Origin: Desulfobacterales bacterium
Lineage (GTDB): Bacteria; Desulfobacterota; Desulfobacteria; Desulfobacterales; UBA5852
DNA length: 64,000 nucleotides
Reading direction: 5' to 3'
NCBI GenBank assembly: GCA_963674755.2
Contig: CAXXVS010000002.1
Span: 992,001 to 1,056,000 of the forward strand
Positions 49,897 to 59,328 of this stretch are shown one piece after another (position 1 is the first letter of the stretch; every line of letters starts with the position of its first letter). Position numbers and translations under genes: made by a program. The notes under the pieces were generated by a model that saw only the letters and a list, made by a program, of their open reading frames with translations, did no database searches and was not told the DNA's origin.

Positions 49897-50649
49897 TTAA
49901 TTTTCCGAATCCCCTTTTATCCGTTGCGGCCCGAGTCTTTCATCGATGCGGTGCATGGCAGCCATGAAATCTTTGCGGATTTTGTCCGCAAAAGGGTTAT
50001 AGTGGTGCATATCCTGAAATAGCTGCCAGGTATCGTGCTCCACGACTTCCAGCGTATACCGGAGCCGCTTGTAGCCCTCGGTATCGATGGGCAGGGGGAC
50101 GGCGCCGAATTCTGCCAGAGAACGGCCGATGAAATGGGTGAGGGAAAGACTGACCGCGATCTGGCGGTCATGTTCTTCAGGGGTCGCTTCGATGACATCC
50201 AATCCCTTTCCCACCAGGTAGCTGAATATTTTTTGATAGGTATCCTTGGGGGTTGATACGTTGCAGAGCACCATTTTCCGGCCCTGCAGCGAATCCGCTG
50301 CACTGTCGGGACCGAACATGGGATGGGTTCCGAGTATGGCGACGCCCGGCGGTAATAGGGCCAGCATCCATTCAATGGGATTGAGTTTGACGGAGCAGAC
50401 GTCTATGACCACCGTCCCCGGAGAAACCAGCGGCGCAATGGTTTGCAACGTAACCTGCATGGCGCTGATGGGCACGCTCAAAACAAGAACCGGTTGCCGG
50501 CAGGCTTCTTCCAAAGTGGCTTTGGATGCGCCCACCGCCTCGATGGCAAATGCCGGCTGGCTTTTGGAATAAACCAGCACCCCGCAATCCACAGCCAGAT
50601 AGCGGGCCGCCAAGGCCCCGAATCGACCGAATCCGACGATGCCAATCAT
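49897..50649 (-). CDS. tyrA: prephenate/arogenate dehydrogenase
   Basis: GFGRFG, DVCSVK, THPMFGP, EEHD..A.S..LTHFIGR. Confidence 0.9.
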   Translation of the reverse strand: MIGIVGFGRFGALAARYLAVDCGVLVYSKSQPAFAIEAVGASKATLEEACRQPVLVLSVPISAMQVTLQTIAPLVSPGTVVIDVCSVKLNPIEWMLALLPPGVAILGTHPMFGPDSAADSLQGRKMVLCNVSTPKDTYQKIFSYLVGKGLDVIEATPEEHDRQIAVSLSLTHFIGRSLAEFGAVPLPIDTEGYKRLRYTLEVVEHDTWQLFQDMHHYNPFADKIRKDFMAAMHRIDERLGPQRIKGDSEN

Positions 50650-51776
50650 AAAGCATCCCTCATTCGCGCAAACCCCTCGCGCAAGCGATCGTCACTGGTG
50701 GCAAACGAAATCCGAATATGGCCGGGGACTCCGAAAAACGTTCCCGGGACGACCGCCACATTGGCCTTCTCCAGCAGATAGCGCGCAAAATCCCGATCAT
50801 CAACAAAACGCTCTTGATAACAATCAATGCGCGGGAAGAGATAGAAGGCCCCCTGGGGTTCGATCACATCGAAAATTGCCTTGCCCAACTGTACCGCCAG
50901 GCGGCATCGTGCTTCATAGACGGCACGACGCTCTTCCAGGATGCTTTCGGAAATGTCAAGCGCCTGCAAGGCACCATACTGGGCAAAAGAACAGACATTG
51001 CCCGTCAGGTGGCCCTGAAGGGTTGTCAACCGGGTGATCATCTCCTCCGGAGCGACCACGTAGCCGACGCGAAACCCGGTCATGGCGTAAGTTTTGGAAA
51101 AACTGCGCACCACGATCAACTGCGATCTGATTTCCGGAATAGAAAAAGGGCTTACAAAAGCCTTGGGGCGATAAACAAAAGCGGAATACGCTTCGTCTGA
51201 AATCAGCCACAAATCTTTTTGGCGACACAACTCAGCAACGCGTGCAATGTCGCTTCGGTCATAGACGGCACCGGTGGGGTTGTTGGGCGAATTGATCAAG
51301 ATGGCGGCCGTGCGTTGCGTAACTGCCTGCTGAATTGCATCGACATCGAGCTGGTGCCGCCTCGTATTGACAAGCACCGGAACCCCGCCCGCCAGCCGTA
51401 TCTGGTGTTCGAAACTCACCCAGCAAGGGGCCGGCACAATGACTTCACGTCCTTCACCGCAGACAACCTGAAAGATTTCGTAAAGCCCCTGCTTGGCGCC
51501 ATTGGTAATGATGATATGCTGGGATCCGCAGCCTTCAAAGTCGCGGACCAGGCGTTCCCGTAACTCCGGCAGACCCGCCACCGGTCCATAGCGTGTCACG
51601 CCATTTTCCAGGGCCCGGCAGGTGGCATCCACGATCGGCGCATCGACGGCAAACTCCGGCTCACCCACGGCAAGATCGACCACATCTTTCCCTGCCGCCC
51701 GCAGTTCCCGTATCAAGGTGGTAAACGCGACAGTGCCAGATGGAGCTATATCGTTATATTTTTTAGATAGATACAT
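50646..51776 (-). CDS. class I PLP aminotransferase (aspartate/prephenate aminotransferase-like)
   Basis: GEPEF, NGAKQ, NSPNNPTG, SDEAY, SFSKTYAMTGFRVGY. Confidence 0.9.
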   Translation of the reverse strand: MYLSKKYNDIAPSGTVAFTTLIRELRAAGKDVVDLAVGEPEFAVDAPIVDATCRALENGVTRYGPVAGLPELRERLVRDFEGCGSQHIIITNGAKQGLYEIFQVVCGEGREVIVPAPCWVSFEHQIRLAGGVPVLVNTRRHQLDVDAIQQAVTQRTAAILINSPNNPTGAVYDRSDIARVAELCRQKDLWLISDEAYSAFVYRPKAFVSPFSIPEIRSQLIVVRSFSKTYAMTGFRVGYVVAPEEMITRLTTLQGHLTGNVCSFAQYGALQALDISESILEERRAVYEARCRLAVQLGKAIFDVIEPQGAFYLFPRIDCYQERFVDDRDFARYLLEKANVAVVPGTFFGVPGHIRISFATSDDRLREGFARMRDAL

Positions 51777-51836
51777 ATATTTATTTAATGTTTTCCATAA
51801 GATTTATCTCTTTTAAAGATGATGCGGCCAACGCAT

Positions 51837-52916
51837 TTACCCCCGCATCTTTTGGCGCAATACTAAATCGCCTAAAACAAGGGCGGCCATGCTTTCGACG
51901 ATGGGTATGGCACGGGGTACGACGCACGGATCATGCCGGCCTTTGGCTTCCAGAATAGCCGGATCGCCATCGAAATTCACCGTCTTTTGAGGCAGCTTGA
52001 TCGTAGCCGGCGGTTTGAACGCCACGCGGAACACGATGGCGGCCCCGCTGCTGATCCCTCCCAGGGTACCGCCGCTGTTGTTCTGGGACGGTATAAGTCC
52101 GTTGCGTCCTTTCATAAAAGGATCGTTGTGGACCGAACCCTGCAACCGGGTTCCGGCAAAGCCCGAGCCGATTTCAAAGCCCTTGGTGGCCGGAATGGAG
52201 AGCATGGCCTGGGCCAGTTTGGCTTCCAACTTGTCAAAAATCGGTTCCCCCAATCCTGGTGGAACATGCCGGCATTCACAGGTAATGATGCCGCCGATGG
52301 AATCGCCCTTTTCCTTGAGCTGGATAATGAGGTGCTCCATTTCCTGCGCGGTCTTTTCGTGGGGACATCGCACGGTGTACTGATCCACAATCGCGCGGGA
52401 GATCGTTTCCGCCTCCAAAGCCGGCGCTTCGATGGCGCCGACCGCGCTGACCCAGGCGACGATGTCGATACCGTGTTGTTCCCGCAAATATTTTTCGGCG
52501 ATCGCTCCGGCGGCCACCCGGCCGATGGTCTCGCGGGCACTGGAGCGCCCGCCGCCACTACTGGCGCGGATGCCGTATTTGACTTGATAGGTGTAATCGG
52601 CATGGGAGGGCCGGGGAATATCCTGCATGGATTGGTAGTCGCCCGGGATCTGATCCTTGTTGGCTACCAGCAGACCGATGGGTGTTCCCAGGGTGTAGCC
52701 ATTTTCCACCCCCGACAGGATGGTCACCTGATCGGATTCCTGACGGTCGGTGGTCAACCGGCTCTGGCCGGGGCGACGGCGATCCAATTGCGGTTGAATA
52801 TCCCTATCACTGAGTGCCAAGCGTGGCGGAACGCCGTCGAGAATGGCGCCGACCCCTTTGCAATGGGATTCTCCAAATGTCGTGACTTTCAATAGGGTGC
52901 CGAATGAGCTGGACAT
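51837..52916 (-). CDS. aroC: chorismate synthase
   Basis: [36 protein letters not shown]. Confidence 0.97.
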   Translation of the reverse strand: MSSSFGTLLKVTTFGESHCKGVGAILDGVPPRLALSDRDIQPQLDRRRPGQSRLTTDRQESDQVTILSGVENGYTLGTPIGLLVANKDQIPGDYQSMQDIPRPSHADYTYQVKYGIRASSGGGRSSARETIGRVAAGAIAEKYLREQHGIDIVAWVSAVGAIEAPALEAETISRAIVDQYTVRCPHEKTAQEMEHLIIQLKEKGDSIGGIITCECRHVPPGLGEPIFDKLEAKLAQAMLSIPATKGFEIGSGFAGTRLQGSVHNDPFMKGRNGLIPSQNNSGGTLGGISSGAAIVFRVAFKPPATIKLPQKTVNFDGDPAILEAKGRHDPCVVPRAIPIVESMAALVLGDLVLRQKMRG

Positions 52917-52949
52917 GCGCCTCCTCCTGCCGGAAAATAAAACGATATC

Positions 52950-53072
52950 ACCATGAAGAGCATGAAGGCCGTGAAGATTCCGGCTTACGCCGGAAGGACA
53001 AACCTCATGTATGGCTTTACAATACTAACATAAGCGGTTTTAATTCTTCATGTTCTTGAAGACCTTCATGGT
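52950..53072. repeat. imperfect palindromic intergenic element with (CATGAAG)n arms
   Basis: ACCATGAAGAGCATGAAGGCCGTGAAG .. CTTCATGTTCTTGAAGACCTTCATGGT; inner hairpin TTCCGGC-TTAC-GCCGGAA. Confidence 0.7.
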
Positions 53073-53090
53073 AATTTTTTTTGCAAGGTC

Positions 53091-54350
53091 TTATGCAAAA
53101 AGGGATTCGTAGACCTCCCAAAAATTCGGGAAGGACTTTTCCACACATGCGGGATTGCGGATGCGCGTCCCGGGGGCGCGCAGACCGGCCACCGCAAAAC
53201 TCATGGCAATCCGGTGATCATTATAGGTTTCGATCTCGGCCGCGGCAGGTTGGCCGCCTTGGATATGGAGATCATCACCTGAACTGCGCGCCTTGATGCC
53301 CATGGCGTTGAGCTCTGTAATGACGGCGGCCAGACGGTCGCATTCCTTGGCCTTGAGATGGGCGACGTTGCGGATGCAGGAGGTGCCCTCCGCGTAAGCC
53401 GCCACCACAGCCATGGTCGGGACCATATCCGGCATGTCGCCCATATCGGTCTCGATGGGTTTCAGGACGCCGCCCATCACAGTGATGCCGTCGGGTTCCT
53501 CTGTCACCTGACAGCCCATGTCCTCAAAGAGGCGCAAGATGTGCACATCCCCTTGCAGGGAATCGCCATGGATGCCGCGAACTTTGACCGCTTTTCCGGT
53601 GATCGCTCCGGCGGCCCAGAAATAGGAGGCATTGGAAACATCGGGTTCCACCGTATAATCGCCTGCACGATAGCGCTGACCGCCTGCGACACGGAAGTGA
53701 TCATAGCCGTCTCGCTCCACCTGCACGCCAAACCCCTGCATGATAGCGATCGTCAAATCGATATAGGGTTTCGAAACAGGCCCCTGCGAGACCTGGATAT
53801 TCAGGCCGTTTCGGGTCATCGGCGCCATCAACAGCAGCGACGACAGGAACTGACTGCTGATGGCGCAGTCGATGGTAACATCTCCCCCCCCCACAACACC
53901 TCCGGTGACCATCAGGGGCGGACAACCATTGTGGTGGATCGAGCGGGCCGGCACACCGATCTGAACCAAACTGTCGATAAGGGCCTGAACCGGTCTTTCC
54001 TGCATGCGCGGCGTGCCGGTCAAAAGATACGCCCCCTGCCCGAGAGCCGCCATGGAAATCAGAAGCCGCATGGAGGTTCCTGAATTGCCAAGATAAATCG
54101 GATCGACACTGGCCGCAAAGCGCCCCCCCAGCCCACAGATCTCGATCTTTTCGCCGTCGCAATGGAGCGGAACACCCATTTGGCGAAGCGCTCCCATCGT
54201 CAATTCGGTATCTTCGCTGCGGAGGGCGTTGACAACCCGCGAGGTGCCATCGGCCAGAGCTGCAGCGATGAGCACGCGGTGGGTATAACTCTTGGATCCG
54301 GGAACCGAAACGGCACAGCTCTGGACCGGGTTTGATGAGATGACGAACAT
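53091..54350 (-). CDS. aroA: 3-phosphoshikimate 1-carboxyvinyltransferase (EPSP synthase)
   Basis: PGSKSYTHR, GNSGTSMR, SSQF.S, KECDRL, DHRIAM, CVEKSFP; GGGGAGG RBS. Confidence 0.97.
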   Translation of the reverse strand: MFVISSNPVQSCAVSVPGSKSYTHRVLIAAALADGTSRVVNALRSEDTELTMGALRQMGVPLHCDGEKIEICGLGGRFAASVDPIYLGNSGTSMRLLISMAALGQGAYLLTGTPRMQERPVQALIDSLVQIGVPARSIHHNGCPPLMVTGGVVGGGDVTIDCAISSQFLSSLLLMAPMTRNGLNIQVSQGPVSKPYIDLTIAIMQGFGVQVERDGYDHFRVAGGQRYRAGDYTVEPDVSNASYFWAAGAITGKAVKVRGIHGDSLQGDVHILRLFEDMGCQVTEEPDGITVMGGVLKPIETDMGDMPDMVPTMAVVAAYAEGTSCIRNVAHLKAKECDRLAAVITELNAMGIKARSSGDDLHIQGGQPAAAEIETYNDHRIAMSFAVAGLRAPGTRIRNPACVEKSFPNFWEVYESLFA

Positions 54351-54378
54351 GGGATCGCCGTACCTCCCCTTTCCCAAT

Positions 54379-54413
54379 AAAAAAGCCGCAGGCTTTTTTG
54401 GTGCCCACGGCTT
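54379..54413 (-). terminator. attenuator terminator upstream of aroA
   Basis: AAGCCGTGGGC-ACCAAAAAA-GCCTGCGGCTT followed by a U-run on the - strand. Confidence 0.85.
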
Positions 54414-54435
54414 CGGTTCCTGATGATGGCTGGTT

Positions 54436-54504
54436 TCAGCGACACCGCGGGCAGCAATTGGGCTCCGCCCAATAATACCCGAATCGGTCTCCTAAGTTTG
54501 CCAT
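54436..54504 (-). CDS. aromatic amino acid attenuator leader peptide MANLGDRFGYYWAEPNCCPRCR
   Basis: GGGAG RBS, ATG at 54504, codons TTC GGG TAT TAT TGG, stop 22 nt before the terminator stem. Confidence 0.8.
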   Translation of the reverse strand: MANLGDRFGYYWAEPNCCPRCR

Positions 54505-54577
54505 GTGATGACTCCCGCTTCTTCCCTGCCGTATGGAGGAATTCTGGTAAGAAATCCGGGAAAATTTGTCAAGACAT

Positions 54578-55186
54578 TTATTGCTGGCGCTTCGCTTGAC
54601 CGCAGCCGTCCGTTTCAAGCAACACGCGTCCCTCGCCCGGATAGACCGCGTGGGCTCCGCCGCGAATACCTGGCGGGCATTTCGGCCATCGTCCCGGTTG
54701 GGGTTCGCTGCCCTCAAGCGCCAGGATCGACGGCATTTTATCCGCCATGCAAGGGTTTTGGCGCAGATCGACGTTCTCAACCGGCCAGCTGAATTCGATG
54801 GGGATATTGTTGGGGTCAAAGGCATAAATCGAATGGATGAACCCATGGTCGATGATTTCGGACACCCATTGACCGGCCGCCTCCAGGCGATCTTTGAGCT
54901 GTCCGAGGTCTTCCTGCGTGGCGACTTGCAAGGACAGATGATCAAAGGCATAAGGCCCCTTTACCGGGACCCCGTGATCTTTTTCCTGCAAGGGCGCTAC
55001 TCCGGGCCATTCGAAGAAGGCGATCATGTCGTTGGGCGAAATTTCAAAAAAATAATGCCGATAACCCGGTCGCCCCAAACCCGCCACCAGCCGCATGCCG
55101 AGCAGATCCCGCCAATAGGCGATAGTGGCGTCCATATCGCCGGTGGCCATGGCCAGATGATTAATCCCAGTATAATTGATTTGCAC
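54578..55186 (-). CDS. VOC/glyoxalase family protein
   Basis: GINHLAM, YWRDLLGM, FDHLSL, SIYAFDPNNIPIEF. Confidence 0.9.
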   Translation of the reverse strand: MQINYTGINHLAMATGDMDATIAYWRDLLGMRLVAGLGRPGYRHYFFEISPNDMIAFFEWPGVAPLQEKDHGVPVKGPYAFDHLSLQVATQEDLGQLKDRLEAAGQWVSEIIDHGFIHSIYAFDPNNIPIEFSWPVENVDLRQNPCMADKMPSILALEGSEPQPGRWPKCPPGIRGGAHAVYPGEGRVLLETDGCGQAKRQQ

Positions 55187-55215
55187 GGTTCTGGTGCTCC
55201 TGATTTGATTGCCCG

Positions 55216-56439
55216 TTAGGGCTGCGGCACGGTCGCCTGGTAGATCTCCGCCGTACCGGAAAGATGATAGGCTCCGGCAGCGGCCGGTACCAGCACACTA
55301 TCGCCGCGGCTCAGCGGCATTCGTTGGCCCCCATTGTCCAGGGACATCATAAGTTGTCCCTGGGTTACGAACAGGATTTCGACGTTGCGCTGTGGCAGGC
55401 TGGCATGGGGCGCGTCGTGAGAGAGATGGATTCTGGCCAGGCTGAATTCTTCCGCAGGGGTCCGGAACCATGTTGCCGTCGCTGAAACGGGCTGCACGTC
55501 GACCATGCCGGGGGGGGTGGCTTCAAATCGCAGCACTGCCAGCAATTCCTCCCGATCGATATGTTTGGGGGTCAATCCTCCCCGCAGTACATTGTCGGAA
55601 TTGGCCATCAACTCGACCCCCACGCCTTCCAGATAGGCGTGTAGTTGGCCGGCCGGCAGGTAGACGGCTTGCCCGGGTTTCAAATGAATCAGGTTTAAAA
55701 TGAGCGGGGCAAGAAGACCGATATCGCCGGGGTAGGCCTCGGACAGCACCTCCAGCCAATGGGATACCGGTTCATCACAATTCCCTTTTAGCGCCTGCGA
55801 TAGGGCTTCATCGACCGTTCGCGCGAGTTCTTGTCCCTGCAACGACATCATGTGATGGAAGAGATGCCGTAAGGCCTTTGGGGGTGGCGCGTTTTGAAGG
55901 GCGGCGAAAATCTTTCCCAGACTTTCGGGGCAGTAGCTGTTTAGCTTTTGTTGGAGATCAGGCAACGGGCGGAATCCGTTCAATCCCCAGAAATCAGTCA
56001 AGGCACACAGGATTTCTGGCTTGTGGTTGTCGTCTCGGTAGTTGCGTTGCGGCGCATCCAGGGGAACCCCTTCACGATTTTCGCGCGCATATCCTTGGCG
56101 GGCCTGTTCCCGATTGGGATGGGCTTGAATGGAAAGAGGCGCATCGGCGGCCAGGATTTTAAACAAAAAGGGCAGCGCGGCGCCAAATCGTTGAACCACA
56201 GCCGGCCCGAGGATCTCTTCGGGGCAGCGCGCAATCAAATGATCGAGCGCCACTTCGTCATCGTCGCACAGGACCATGGACGGCGCCTTGGGATGGGCCC
56301 CCATCCAAAGTTCGGCTTCGGGACGATGCGACGGGGTGCCACGTCCGGTAAGATCGGCAATGGCCCTTTTCGATCCCCAGGCGTAATGTTGGATCGGGTT
56401 TTTCAGGCGATGCACGCGATGGCATGGATTCGTCAACAC
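55216..56439 (-). CDS. manA: mannose-6-phosphate isomerase, class I
   Basis: YAWGS, AELWMGAHP, LSIQAHP, NHKPE, HAYL.G, ELMANSDNVLRGGLT. Confidence 0.96.
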   Translation of the reverse strand: MLTNPCHRVHRLKNPIQHYAWGSKRAIADLTGRGTPSHRPEAELWMGAHPKAPSMVLCDDDEVALDHLIARCPEEILGPAVVQRFGAALPFLFKILAADAPLSIQAHPNREQARQGYARENREGVPLDAPQRNYRDDNHKPEILCALTDFWGLNGFRPLPDLQQKLNSYCPESLGKIFAALQNAPPPKALRHLFHHMMSLQGQELARTVDEALSQALKGNCDEPVSHWLEVLSEAYPGDIGLLAPLILNLIHLKPGQAVYLPAGQLHAYLEGVGVELMANSDNVLRGGLTPKHIDREELLAVLRFEATPPGMVDVQPVSATATWFRTPAEEFSLARIHLSHDAPHASLPQRNVEILFVTQGQLMMSLDNGGQRMPLSRGDSVLVPAAAGAYHLSGTAEIYQATVPQP

Positions 56440-56690
56440 ACTCCCCCTTTGGCATATGGTTCAATCGGATGGCCACTGCTGGACGAAATAATGTCCGTCC
56501 CGAGATGGTCGATTTTGGTTCCGGTCAAGGCCGCAGTGATTTGGAAACCGACGGCGTAGCCGTATAAGCGGCAGCGGCGCGTAGCTGGGCTATAGCGAGG
56601 ATTTCCAATGACCGAGAACGCCGGCCGGGGCCGAAAGATGCCATTTATGGATGGGCACAAGATAACATTATACGACAAGCGAAACAGATG

Positions 56691-56720
56691 TTGAACGAAC
56701 AATAGAACTCATGCCATAAT
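56691..56720 (+). promoter_or_regulatory. sigma-70 promoter candidate for the kinase operon
   Basis: TTGAAC-N18-CATAAT with TGn extended -10. Confidence 0.45.
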
Positions 56721-56778
56721 TCTGTCAAATGGCGCCCGTACCATCGCAGAAGCTGAGACGGGGTTAAAGGAGACGAAC

Positions 56779-58239
56779 ATCAAGCTGAACATTACGAACA
56801 AAGCCCTCCCGTCGGCAATAGCCCTCACGTTGGCCTTCAGCCTCGGGATGGCCCTGATCGGTCAGGTCGGCAGCCCGCAAAACGCCCCCCTGTCTCACGG
56901 GATCGTGCACTTCCTTTTGCTTGCCGGCCCATCGCCATCAGCGCTGCCATATGGAATCTTAACGACTATTAGGATACTCGACTGGGTGTTATGCCTCTCC
57001 CCCGGGGTGCTCACCCTTCTGGGATTTGCGCGCTGGGCGCTGCCCATGGCCTTGGCGGCAGCTGGCGGACTTGCCATCGCTTGCCTGGGGATAGCCGTCT
57101 TCCTCTATATGTCGACCGGCCTCCTGCTCACCACCAGCGCTCCACTTCTCGCCATCGGCTTTGGTCTTCTGGCAGGCTATCTCTTGTTGCACCCGCCTCC
57201 CGGAACCACAGCCGAGTCTTCCGGAAACCCGGCTTTCGGTCGACGTCCTCCCGCAAATGCCGTCCAAGCGATTATGCCTGAGTCCCCGGCGGATACACTG
57301 GCATCGAAAAAGATCTTTTCCAGCCCCCCCCGATCCGACTTTCATCCATTCGAGACAGAAAATGGCGGCGAGCCGGAAGACCGCATGACCATCGGTCGGT
57401 ACGAAATTATCCGCCCGATCGGAAAAGGGGCCATGGGCGAGGTGGTTCTGGGGCGCGATCCCAATATCAATCGGCTCACGGCCATCAAGACGGTCCATTT
57501 TGAAGAGACATTCGCCCCCGAAGATATCGAGCAGATCAAGGGCAAGTTTTTTCGGGAGGCGGAAAGCGCCGGTACCCTTTCGCATCCCCATATCGTCACC
57601 ATCTACGATGCCGGAGAAGACGGTGATTCCGCCTATATCGCCATGGAATTTCTCGAGGGATCCACGTTACTCAGGTTCGCCCGGCGTCAGCATCTCCTGC
57701 CCCTTAGAAGGTTCATCCGTTACATGGTACAGGTTGCTGAAGCCCTTGAGTATGCCCATAGCCAGGGTGTCATCCATCGTGACATTAAACCGGCCAATAT
57801 CATTTTAATGCAATCCGGTCAGATCAAAATCACCGATTTCGGCATTGCCCACATTGCCACCTCTTCCCAGACCCAAACCGGAGTGGTCAAGGGAACCCCG
57901 TACTATATGTCGCCCGAACAGTTTTCAGGACAAAAGGTGGACGGGCGCTCTGATATTTTTTCTTTGGGAACGACCATGTTCCAACTGCTTACCGGCACCC
58001 TGCCCTTTTATGCTGAAAGTCCGGCTCTGTTGATGAATCAAATTATGAATTTTCCCCATCCCAACCCGCGGGCTATTAATCCCCGGATCGTTCCGCAAAT
58101 GGTGGCCATCATCGATAAAGCGTTGGCCAAGGAACGTGAAAACCGCTATCAGAGCGCCAAGGCACTGGCGCGGGATTTGCTGCAGTTGGACATCCGCATC
58201 AAAGCCGCGCTGCGCAAAGGTCATTGGGGTAAACCCTAA
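56779..58239 (+). CDS. membrane-anchored Hanks-type Ser/Thr protein kinase
   Basis: GKGAMG, AIK, HRDIKPAN, DFG, GTPYYMSPEQ, DIFSLG; N-terminal TMs; start uncertain (ATC 56779 after AAGGAG, or TTG 56830). Confidence 0.9.
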   Translation: MKLNITNKALPSAIALTLAFSLGMALIGQVGSPQNAPLSHGIVHFLLLAGPSPSALPYGILTTIRILDWVLCLSPGVLTLLGFARWALPMALAAAGGLAIACLGIAVFLYMSTGLLLTTSAPLLAIGFGLLAGYLLLHPPPGTTAESSGNPAFGRRPPANAVQAIMPESPADTLASKKIFSSPPRSDFHPFETENGGEPEDRMTIGRYEIIRPIGKGAMGEVVLGRDPNINRLTAIKTVHFEETFAPEDIEQIKGKFFREAESAGTLSHPHIVTIYDAGEDGDSAYIAMEFLEGSTLLRFARRQHLLPLRRFIRYMVQVAEALEYAHSQGVIHRDIKPANIILMQSGQIKITDFGIAHIATSSQTQTGVVKGTPYYMSPEQFSGQKVDGRSDIFSLGTTMFQLLTGTLPFYAESPALLMNQIMNFPHPNPRAINPRIVPQMVAIIDKALAKERENRYQSAKALARDLLQLDIRIKAALRKGHWGKP

Positions 58240-58405
58240 TGCTAACCGCTTTTCCACCCTTTCCGGTGGACGATCACCGTCTTGACTTGCCCAAGCTATC
58301 TGTTATAGTTCTTCTGGCCTTGTATGGGCAAACCGTTTGAGATCATTGCATAATCATTTGTACGCCATCGTATTCTAAACCGACATCCGTCTCTACCGCC
58401 ATGGG

Positions 58406-59239
58406 ATGACCATGTTTCAAATCGTATCCGCCGGTCTTTCCGACATCGGGCGCAAACGCCGGTCCAATCAGGATTATTTCCTATTGGATGATCAGCATCG
58501 GCTGTATTTGGTGGCCGACGGTATGGGCGGCCATCAAGCCGGGGAAGTGGCCTCCCAATTGGTGGTCGATTCCATTCACAAGTTCTACATGTCAAATCCG
58601 TCAACATCCGCTTCCGCCGGGAGTGAGCCTCATGACCCGTCTCTGTCATCCGAGGCCAATCGATTACGGGAAGCGATTGGCTATGCCAATTTGCAGGTTT
58701 ATCAGGCAGCCGCCACCCATAAGCACTATCAGGGCATGGGCTCGACGCTGGCCGCCGTTCAATTCAGTGACAACATGTTTATTGCGGCCAACGTCGGCGA
58801 CAGCCCCATTTATCTCATCCACGATGACGCCATTGAAATGCTTTCCGTCCCCCATACGCTAATGGCGGAACAATCCGAGCTGAGCCCCGGCGACCCCACC
58901 GTTTTTGGTCCTGAACTCCAGCATATGTTGACGAGGGGCATGGGGGTGGAGGATACCGTAAGCCCCGATATTTGGGAATCCCCCTGCTTTAGCGGCGATC
59001 GTTTTGTCATCTGCTCCGACGGTTTGAGCGGTAAAGTGGCACCTGAAGAAATACGGGACCGGGCATCGAACCAGGATGCCGCCGTCGCCTGCCAATCGCT
59101 GGTCGAACTGGCGAACCAACGGGGTGGAGACGACAATATTACCGTTATTGTGTTGCAGGTCCACAAACCCGATACGCTGTTGCAGCGTCTGCGGGACGGG
59201 ATGGCAAGATTTGCCGGCGGAGGACCTTCCGGAAAGTGA
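58406..59239 (+). CDS. PP2C/Stp1-family Ser/Thr phosphatase
   Basis: SDIGRKR..NQD, VADGMGGH, GMGST, NVGDS, CSDGL, GGDDNIT. Confidence 0.95.
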   Translation: MTMFQIVSAGLSDIGRKRRSNQDYFLLDDQHRLYLVADGMGGHQAGEVASQLVVDSIHKFYMSNPSTSASAGSEPHDPSLSSEANRLREAIGYANLQVYQAAATHKHYQGMGSTLAAVQFSDNMFIAANVGDSPIYLIHDDAIEMLSVPHTLMAEQSELSPGDPTVFGPELQHMLTRGMGVEDTVSPDIWESPCFSGDRFVICSDGLSGKVAPEEIRDRASNQDAAVACQSLVELANQRGGDDNITVIVLQVHKPDTLLQRLRDGMARFAGGGPSGK

Positions 59240-59328
59240 ACTTGTAACGACGCCCGATACGGATGCTGAATCCGCCCTGCGGTAGGATGGACTGCGGACA
59301 CGGGCAAGACCATGACGAGGAATTCAAA

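Noticed and set aside
51933..52895. long antisense ORFs (also 4268-5017, 21706-22482, 53358-54083, 58810-59604)
   Set aside because: Shadow frames opposite well-supported genes in GC-rich DNA; no motifs.
53883..53892. poly-C tract in aroA as a phase-variation site
   Set aside because: Encodes in-frame Gly codons in a biosynthetic enzyme; frame intact.
54436..54951. 171-aa ORF on the - strand
   Set aside because: Overlaps the VOC gene in another frame; only its last 22 codons (own RBS and ATG) make sense, as the leader peptide.
58393..58400. ops element GGCGGTAG
   Set aside because: On the strand opposite the local genes and far from the glycan operon; no JUMPstart context.
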